A stretch of DNA of 64,000 nt. Origin: Ylistrum balloti. Its lineage: Eukaryota. This document shows, piece after piece, positions 55,104-64,000 of the stretch. Position numbers and translations under genes: made by a program. The DNA lies in contig NW_026781945.1 of NCBI RefSeq assembly GCF_031769215.1, positions 2,914,001-2,978,000 on the forward strand. The letters run 5' to 3'. The notes beneath the pieces are model-generated. The model saw only the letters and a program-made list of their open reading frames with translations. It was not told the DNA's origin and did not search any database. The first letter of the stretch is position 1; the number at the start of each line of letters is the position of its first letter.

Positions 55104-56814
55104 CCTAGCACCTAACATTTTTACTTCTATAAATGAGAGTTACATTGCGATACTGATTTTAAAGAACAGCAAAGAGCTCTTGACTATTCCCTCCAAAAAC
55201 GTTTCTTCTCCACTTGGTACTTTACATTGTCAACAACACTCATGATATTTGGCAGTCATTCTGTGGTTATGAGAATGTTCTGCCAGAGGAATGTGAACAG
55301 CACCAATAACATACTAGCGTACAAAAGGAGAGCGAGCGTGAAAATTGTGAAAATGACCGAATTTCTAGTCGGAAAGTTTCATGGAATCCAAGAAACTATT
55401 CTCAGGCTAGGGGAATCAGTCGAGGGGTAGGGTTTCCGACATGATTCATGGCTTCTTGAAAAAAAATGCATATCAAAGGATATTTCACTTCAAGAAGGGA
55501 AATTAAACTATCTATTTAGGAAATTTTCATATTAAATTATGTTTTATGTATTTTTTAAGTGTCTAAGAAAGACATTTGATGACAGTTCTTGTACCGGCAT
55601 TGTGTGTGCCTAATCAATTACGCTCAGCTGTAATCTCAATGCACTTTTAAAACACCGAAAATATAATTCCGACATAGTTCCCAACATCTCAGGAACCATT
55701 TCCTGTAAATGTCCTTATAATGCAACTGTTTGTTTTGAGTGTACATTAACCACTGGTCAATACGGATAACAGAATGGATATTGAACTATGAATAGGAATA
55801 GATCGAAGCCATAGACAGGTAAAAAAAAACGTCAATCACCAGACAGACAAAACATCAAAAGAAGGATATCGACCAAATACATGACGGAAGTACGACCCGG
55901 ATATTTAAGTCCCTGCGATGGCAATAAATAATAGGTAAAGGTTGCACTGCCTGTGTAAGCACTACAATGTGTGGTAGCGGTACGTGTTTATTAGTGACAG
56001 TCCAAACAATTACCATTGACAAGTCAATTCATAGCAGCCTGATGACACGGAACTTACTTCGGTCACCCCGATAACTCAGCAAAACCAGGCCCTGCAGGAA
56101 AGTATGAAAAAAACTACAAATTGGACTTCTGCTATCAGTAACGACATTTCAACATTTTGCAGAAGATGACGATTTGCATGAGACAACATCCGGTGTTTTC
56201 AGAAGGTTCCAATTTGTATCATGTATATTTTCGGTCTGCTGTTTTCATATCACGGTCAATAACATCAAGCCTAATGCAGATGCATCAGTTCCGATGACGT
56301 TATGCTCCATGACTACGACTATTATGTATGTTATGAGTTTAATAAAGGCAGACAATCGCTCTTATCAAATCCAAATCAAGGAAAATGCGGAAACCAGACT
56401 TCAGTCGATAAATGTAGGCCGCTGTGTTTTTGTTTTTTCTTATTTCTATTTCAAGAGATTTGCATTTTTTCCCGAGTGGATTCGGCAATGAAAAATATCA
56501 ACATGACATTCATTAAAATAAATAGAGTAACGATTCGATGACAATTTTTACGTTTTTAAGACGTGGTCTGTATCAAAACGTGGTAGATGGTAAAATAAGG
56601 CCTGGCTCGTCCACTCTCACAGGTGAGGGACTCTCTTGCACAAGCTTTGTGCAAAAGTCTCGACATCCTTCTATGCTTGGAATGACAATACCACTTACTG
56701 TTGAATGTGTTAATCGTATGAGAGAACCAATTAACAATGTTTCGATGAGCTGACTTATGGTGTAAATCGTCCGATACACAAATGTTCGTGGTCAAGGTAA
56801 GCTGTAAAAACAAA

Positions 56815-56910
56815 CTTTTCCTGCAAATATTTCTTTTGGTCATATTTTGCCCTAGTGTTATTGAATTTGAGTTCGGCTTAAGATTAAGTTGACATGTTGT
56901 TATTTTACGT
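56815..56910 (+). mobile_element. Partial copy of the PLE 3' tail
   Basis: CATATTTTGCCCTAGTGTTATTGAATTTGAGTTCGGCTTAAGATTAAGTTGACATGTTGTTATTTT. Confidence 0.65.
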
Positions 56911-57467
56911 TTCAACCAATGTTGCCTCCACTAGGGTATTTTAGGCCGTTGTACATTGGCCTGGAGTCTTAACATATTCTGACAGGACCAGATGGTCATT
57001 TTGTAAATCGACCTAACAATTGTTGGACTTGGCTTTCGTGAAAAATATAATATAAACATATTTGGAGTGTAGAACGTATGGTAACTTGACACCCAGCCTA
57101 TTAAAGCTTACGAGATATTATATAAAACACACGACCTACTAGTACTAACAAAGTGACATAATCATTAAAAACATATTCTTCTACAATATATTTTGTGAAC
57201 TGTGCTTGCTGAAAAATATTGAAAATTGGAAACTAAAGATCAATGTCATTAGCCTTATCAAAACAATGGAAAGTTAATTGATACAGGTTGTAATTAGTCA
57301 CTATTCATTACTGATGATTCCACAATTATTGCCAACATAATTCTCTTTTAAATGCATATAAATGAAGTCACAATTTGCATGTCACACATATATACAACAA
57401 CATTTTCACCACACGTATTTTAAAGAAAATTAAAAAGAATGAAAATAAACTGTACTATGTGACGTTT

Positions 57468-57611
57468 NNNNNNNNNNNNNNNNNNNNNNNNNNNNNNNNN
57501 NNNNNNNNNNNNNNNNNNNNNNNNNNNNNNNNNNNNNNNNNNNNNNNNNNNNNNNNNNNNNNNNNNNNNNNNNNNNNNNNNNNNNNNNNNNNNNNNNNNN
57601 NNNNNNNNNNN
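57468..57611. other. Assembly gap (144 N)
   Basis: Run of N. Confidence 1.
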
Positions 57612-60577
57612 CTTCATGCATAGCAAATAATGAAAATGTATTAATAAACGCCATTGAATAAAGATAGGTTAACATGAGCTCACAAGGAAGCACAAGAGTG
57701 TATCAGAATTCAGCAGACCATAAGGGACAAAGCACCGCCGCATTCATATATACGATAAGGAATTAGGACAGCGAGAACGCTGTTTTCGGGAGCTTTGTTC
57801 ACGTAACAACTCAGGCTTCCCAGGAAAATCACAAGTGGCTTCTTTTTGAAGACATGTTATAATCATACTTTTGTATTTTATATGTACAATAGGAAAAATC
57901 CTAACGCGGTGTTCAAATCTATTTTTCAAAATACACCAATTTAAGAACACCAACAAAATCTGACAGAGAACTAATGTCGGGTATTACGTTTTGTAAATTG
58001 TGGAATTAAATTTCGGTCTTCACATCCGTTTCACTAATTGTATTTAACTATTTATACATGCTATCATTATGTATCACGGGATAGGTAACGTATATCGAAC
58101 GTATGTAAAGTAGATCGGCTACACAAGAACCCATTAGCTTCAAAATCTTACCATATTTCAGATTTTCTTGAAATTATTGCTCCGTTGTCTGTTATTTTAA
58201 ACATGAACATCTCTCGATAGGTTGATTTATTCGTAGCATTGAATGTTAAGTGAAGCAGCACGATGTATGCCAATGACATTATACCCTCAATGACGACTTC
58301 ATGAAACTCATAGAAATCCGCCAAAGACAGGACCTCGAAAGGGATTTTGTTTGCCTCAAATACATGTCGAATTCCCATATTGGAATTTACACGATATTTC
58401 AGATCCTTAAAAACAAGGACTACAAAGTTTAATTTTCAAATTGTGGATAATTGGAATTGATCATTTACTTATTGTCTTGCACAACACCAATTCTCAATAA
58501 TGTAAAAAACGAACCATCTTTGAGATATATGTTACATGCCATCTAGTTTTGTGATTGGTTTTGTGTTGTTTTTTCTTTTTTTTTTTTATATATATTTTAC
58601 TTTCAACAATCGTGCAACTTCAACAGCCAATATCTCACTGTTTCATGAGAAGATGGGTAGTATCGAAATTCAGATTTCGTTGAGCACTGTACTCCCTGAC
58701 AGTTCCAATTATGATATCTGTCTTTAGATATACTTATAAATGACGCCCCGAAAATAAACCAAAATAAACCCTTTGACACTCTCTCCCTATCTCTATTTGT
58801 CGGTCTGTCTCTGTCTGTGTGTCCGTATTTCTGTCTCTGTACAACACCCACCAACACATGAAACCGCCACTTTTGGTATATAGATCGGATTTGTGTTTTC
58901 AGAACACCTATGATGAAAACTTGTTAAACTCATGATATAGAAGTTATAGAGTTGATGATGAAGAAGTCCAGTACTTGCTGAAAGTGTTTTCTTCTCCTTC
59001 TTTATTCTTATATACAATATAAAGCCTCTCTCCTGTCTGGCCTCCGCTCTTCTCTCACAAACCAAGAGAGGATTATTTAAACTAAAACTGTTATGAAACT
59101 GTAGGTAAAGTAATTTTACACATTAGATAACAGGCTTACAAATATTGAGTGATACATGAGTAGGTGACATAGACTTATACAAGGGAATGGTCGTAGATTA
59201 GGTCGTTTTCCACAAGATAAGTGTACACTGACCTTCACTCGAACTGCCTAGATAGGGCTCAGTTAATTACTAATATAATTGGGGAATGAATTAAAACATG
59301 AACATTTGAAAAAATTGTAACCATATCTCTTGATAAATTCACTACATTTTACATTCAATTAAAACTGAGATTTCCTGTCTTTGGAACGTCCTTATGTCTG
59401 TGTCTTTAGAAACAATCGGAACACGTCCCGATGATTAGTGAGATAAACTGTTATTTGCAAAAGGATGTGAATCTAAATAAAAATCAAATTATAACAGAAA
59501 TGATTGTTACTCGTTCTAATCTCCGCGAGTGCACGAACCGTCCTTTCGGTCAAAGTCCTACCCGTCAGCCAATCAAAACAAGTTAAATTTTCATGCCACA
59601 TGTGGTTAACTTGTTTCTATATACAATAATTGGAGTCATTAATTGAAACCTTCAGAGTTGAATAACACCCATCTAGTACGGTAGAATACACAATAAGAAG
59701 AGAGGACATCTGATTTTAATTTAATTCTGTATTTGTTTAACAAGGTTGTGAACAGCCTAACGGGTACGAGTAATATTCCTCACATTTAACATATAAAACG
59801 TACAACGTAATACATTTGTAGGACATGCATCAAACAATAAACAATATTGATAACAAACACAAAACTGTTACACTCACGCATACACACATATTCTCAATCA
59901 CATACACACTGTCAAACATTAGCACCCATGCTCACTTGCACCTGCTCACACATCTCAAGTATTCACATACATGTGTGACAATAGGAGAAATATTTAGATG
60001 AAGGGGAAAGAGAGAGGGATGGAGAGAGAGTGGAAGGGGTGGGGGAGGGATGTCTGAGATTTTAGTATTTGTTTTGCTATCTGAAGTGTCAGATCCATAA
60101 AGAAGAATAGAACAGAGTTGTTCTGTTATCAGGTGAAGAACGGTTTTTTCTTCACGACCGTTACAGTCCCTACCCTGATACACAGCATTACATAGAACTC
60201 ACAGTTATTCAACATACAATGTGTTATATACATATTCGCGTGCTGATGAATAATTTTTTTTGACCAGCACCGAGACGAAAAACACTCCATCTAATAAGTA
60301 TTCCGCAGCATCGTGGTGCGGATAGCATGAAGAAAATTAACCAGTAATTGTCAGTTATGTAGTATGAAGTGATCGTGTGACACCAGCACGCACGGAACAC
60401 CACTCTATCGAACTCAACGTCTCTGGAATTTGACAGGAATCATCAGGTCAAAAAACAAAACAAAAAATCGAATGCAGAGCAAATAGACCTGAGAGGTCTC
60501 ATTAATGTGTATATGAAGGTAAGCGTGTCTAAATTACGACACTCACAATAAAATGACATGAAAAGATTCGGTTAGTC

Positions 60578-61635
60578 ACATTAGTGTCTGTATGACGAAA
60601 CAATGGCCAGAACAGGTTCTGTAAGTCATACTAGTGTCTGTATGACGAAACAATGGCCAGAACAGGTTCTGTAATTCACATTAGTGTCTGTATGACGAAA
60701 CAATGGCCTGAACAGGTTCTGTAAGTCACATTAGTGTCTGTATGACGAAACAATGGCCTGAACAGGTTCTGTAAGTCACATTAGTGTCTGTATGACGAAA
60801 CAATGGCCTGAACAGGTTCTGTAAGTCACATTAGTGTCTGTATGACGAAACAATGGCCTGAACAGGTTCTGTAAGTCATACTAGTGTCTGTATGACGAAA
60901 CAATGGCCAGAACAGGTTCTGTAAGTCACACTAGTGTCTGTATGACGAAACAATGGCCAGAACAGGTTCTGTAAGTCATACTAGTGTCTGTATGACGAAA
61001 CAATGGCCAGAACAGGTTCTGTAAGTCACACTAGTGTCTGTATGACGAAACAATGGCCTGAACAGGTTCTGTAAGTCACACTAGTGTCTGTATGACGAAA
61101 CAATGGCCTGAACAGGTTCTGTAAGTCACACTAGAGTCTGTATGACGAAACAATGGCCTGAACAGGTTCTGTAAGTCACACTAGTGTCTGTATGACGAAA
61201 CAATGGCCTGAACAGGTTCTGTAAGTCACACTAGTGTCTGTATGACGAAACAATGGCCTGAACAGGTTCTGTAAGTCATACTAGTGTCTGTAGGACGAAA
61301 CAATGGCCAGAACAGGTTCTGTAAGTCACATTAGTGTCTGTATGACGAAACAATGGCCTGAACAGGTTCTGTAAGTCACATTAGTGTCTGTATGACGAAA
61401 CAATGGCCTGAACAGGTTCTGTAAGTCATACTAGTGTCTGTATGACGAAACAATGGCCTGAACAGGTTCTGTAAGTCACACTAGTGTCTGTATGACGATA
61501 CAGTGACCAGAACAGGTTCTGTAAGTCACACTAGTGTCTGTATGACGATACAGTGACCAGAACAGACTCGGCAAGTCGTATTTTGGTCAGGTTCCGGAAA
61601 TCACGCTAGTATCTGTATGACCACAGGGTGACCAG
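60578..61635. repeat. 50-bp tandem minisatellite, ~21 copies
   Basis: Unit CTAGTGTCTGTATGACGAAACAATGGCC(A/T)GAACAGGTTCTGTAAGTCACA; period measured from 60601 to 60651. The last monomer (61590-61635) is degenerate. Confidence 0.97.
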
Positions 61636-62149
61636 TGGCTCAAAGCATGATGTTTTTCTTTTCCAACCACTGCCGCTGATAAAACCCGGGCTCCCGAGAG
61701 AGTGGGTGGTCCGAGGCTTACCTTCACTGCACTCTGTACGAAGCATTGACACGTCAGCAAGTATGTTACAGAGACAGCCATTAAATCTCTTCTCTTTGAC
61801 CATTATGTAATGACCTGCACGATATTGTTACGTTTGATGCTGTATGTATTATCGATTTTTTTGTTTAAGATGCGATATTCTAATGTCAAGAATCCATGCC
61901 GTACTTTACCGCCACCAGACAAATGTCGTTAGCCTCTCTTAGGATCTCTGTAAGTTGGCGTAGTGTTTCCGTTTAAATGGGTATTTAGTGTCTCTGAGAG
62001 ATCACTTAACTCCTGTCTTTAAAGAAACGACAATCAACTTTAAGGCTAAGCTACACCAAGTGAAGGATGAAATGCTCTTTAGTATGAATCTATAAAGATT
62101 AAGATGTACAGGAATTGAGATTATCTATCTATCTTACCAGCGATATAGA

Positions 62150-63245
62150 CGTGAACAAGGGTTCGAAGAGACGGCGCATGATACGCCAGGTTGAATAAAC
62201 ATTTCGCAATAAGAAATGGAAGGAAAATGATGTTTGATGTCTTATTAACACATTAAGGTCATTTACAGGCAGTGTCAGTCGTGTAATGGTGGAGGAATCC
62301 TGAGTAAACCTGAGTAATTCCGTGATGATCTCTGAAAAATACACAAGTATTGTTCTATCGACTTTACAAGTGCCATTACTGATTAAATAAAAGGTGATCA
62401 ATTTTGATTATCAAACTTGTGGTGGTAATGAACCGCCCCTATGAAAATTGTAAGTATATCAGTCGGAAACTACCAGAGATATTGGGAGGATAATGTTTTA
62501 AAAACAAGGGGCTATAACTCTGTGAATTACGACCCGAAAGTTGCTGTAATCCAACTTGTTCTAATTATAATGGTCATGAACCTCCATATGTATTTTACAG
62601 TTGATCCGTTGGTAACTAATCAAGATATTGAGCAGACACTGTTTTGATAACTGAAAAAAAGTCATAAGTTATTACATATTACAGTATAAAATGTGGTCAT
62701 CAAACTTGTCCGAGTGTTTGAAGTTGATCAGTTGAAAGCTAAATGAGATATTAAACAGACACTGTTTAGAGTCATAGCTCTTTAAATTTTGGTCCGAAAA
62801 TTGCAATCATCGAACTTGTCCGAGCTATCATGGTATAGAACTTTCCTATTAAGTTAACCTGTTGATAATTACTGGCGATATAGAGACGACACTGTAACCG
62901 AATAAGACAACATAACCCTATGAATTACGGTCCGAAAATTACGATGGACGAACTTGTTCTAGCTATTATGGTGTTGAACCTATGAAGTTTAAAGTTGATC
63001 TGTTGAAAACTACTTGCGATGTCAAGAGGACATTGTTTCGGTAATGAATAAGAGGCCATAAAACAATGGATGATGGTTAAAAAAAGGTATTCAAACTTGT
63101 CCAAGCTGTCAAGGTAAACGAATCTCCCTATGAGGTTTGAAACTGATTCGTTGGAATCAAACGGACACCGCGCGTGTCCGTCTTCCCGCCCGCTTACATG
63201 GTAACAGATTACGACCTGTTTTTTTCAACGGACGTATAGATAGAA
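62150..63245 (+). mobile_element. Old Helentron-associated non-autonomous element (HINE/pearl-like) with internal ~140-bp tandem monomers
   Basis: 5' AACAAG...ATACGCC (62154-62187). Degenerate monomers start C(A/G)AACTTGT at 62412, 62551, 62701, 62811, 62949 and 63092. An ACGGAC remnant and a 3' imperfect palindrome TTACGACC..GGACGTAT (63209-63238) follow. This architecture is established for bivalve HINEs. Confidence 0.6.
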
Positions 63246-63259
63246 AGATCATAACAACT

Positions 63260-63815
63260 AGAACATTGCAATAGCTGAAGTGACCTAAACCCCATCCCCA
63301 CAACCCGTCCCGAACACCGCCAGGAATTCCTTTAAATGTTCGTACATGTGTAGCTTCATAATACATTTACATACCAAATTTCCTTGAAATCATGCCATGT
63401 ATAAAAATCAGAGGTCATGAAATAGTGGTCCTTTTGTTGAAATGTGAAGCCACGATAGTGACCGGTTGCCGATGACAGGCCTAACCAAATTTCATGCCAA
63501 TCGAATGATATTTCAACTTTGACCAATCAGAGACCAGGAAATGGTGGTCCTTTTGTTGAAATATGAAAGTGAGCCACAATAGTGATCTTACCAAATTTCA
63601 CGGAAATAAAAAATATTGAAATTCCGACTATTTAGAAGTCAGAAAATGACGGGGTCAAATATCGGTAGTGGTAATCTGTGGACCGTTTACAGAGTTAGAA
63701 ATTGTGCTGTCTCATGATAGACCAAATGTCATAGAAATTAGACTAGACATTATCTGAAATCAATCAATCCGAGATGTGAAGGCGAGACTACGATAGTGAT
63801 CGTGGTCTCGTGTTA
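63260..63815 (+). mobile_element. Second HINE-like element with a terminal hairpin
   Basis: Starts AACTAGAA. Internal repeats carry ACCAAATTTC(A/C) and GTGGTCCTTTTGTTGAAAT. It ends in CGAGACTACGAT-AGTG-ATCGTGGTCTCG (63783-63810; 12-bp stem, one G-T pair). Confidence 0.45.
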
Positions 63816-63829
63816 TCCATTCAGACCAA

Positions 63830-64000
63830 ATCTGAAGAATAAACGCAACAAGAAAACACCGATATGTCAACACACTTCTAATCCACACTCAAATTAGATA
63901 AAACAAAATTTGAATAAAAGACAGATTTATACGGAGACTCCTGAAAAAGAACAAGTAGAATAAGACCAATTCAGAAGCCTGCAGTTTACGGCCATTTTTC
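63830..64000 (-). mobile_element. PLE 3' tail copy, truncated by the window end
   Basis: Reverse complement reads TTGGTCTTATTCTACTTGTTCTTTTTCAGGAGTCTCCGTATAAATC...AATTTGAGTGTGGATTAG, matching 51590-51700. Confidence 0.7.

Noticed and set aside
55190-58400. Several coding-looking stretches (55.2-55.4, 56.0-56.75 and 57.6-58.4 kb)
   Set aside because: Frames are inconsistent or interrupted and I could not assign any family motif. They may be decayed elements or exons, so I left them uncalled.
60090-60183. SILLYGSDT motif on the minus strand, resembling a LINE RT C-terminal motif
   Set aside because: A single short motif with no supporting neighbours.
60585-60640. Hammerhead-like words CTGTATGA and CGAAAC in the 50-bp monomer
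   Set aside because: The core has an extra base (CUGUAUGA rather than CUGANGA), there is no stem II between the two words, and the monomer is too short for a known retrozyme.
1-61635. CRISPR-like appearance of the 29-50 bp arrays
   Set aside because: Units are head-to-tail with no unique spacers, there are no cas genes, and the context is eukaryotic.

Overview
This is eukaryotic, AT-rich DNA, most likely from a bivalve mollusc (inferred from the transposon families). It is not prokaryotic, and I found no CRISPR array, tRNA or rRNA. One intact gene is recognisable: a single-CDS-exon class A GPCR (38920-39879, +) with a very short N-terminus and substitutions at several conserved activation residues. 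Roughly a fifth of the window is short-period tandem arrays (29-58 bp units), some abutting and homologous to each other. The rest holds decayed mobile elements: many Naiad-type Penelope-like (PLE) RT remnants plus at least 11 dispersed copies of their 3' tail, one canonical PLE with a C-terminal GIY-YIG endonuclease, a CR1/L2-type LINE, an I/Nimb-type LINE RNase H remnant, two Helentron-type HINE elements and a TIR-bounded element. There is also an isolated, apparently disabled SH2-domain remnant (minus strand, ~8.5-8.7 kb), a strong GC-rich hairpin at 49.6 kb and two assembly gaps. All family assignments come from manual motif recognition; no database search was run.
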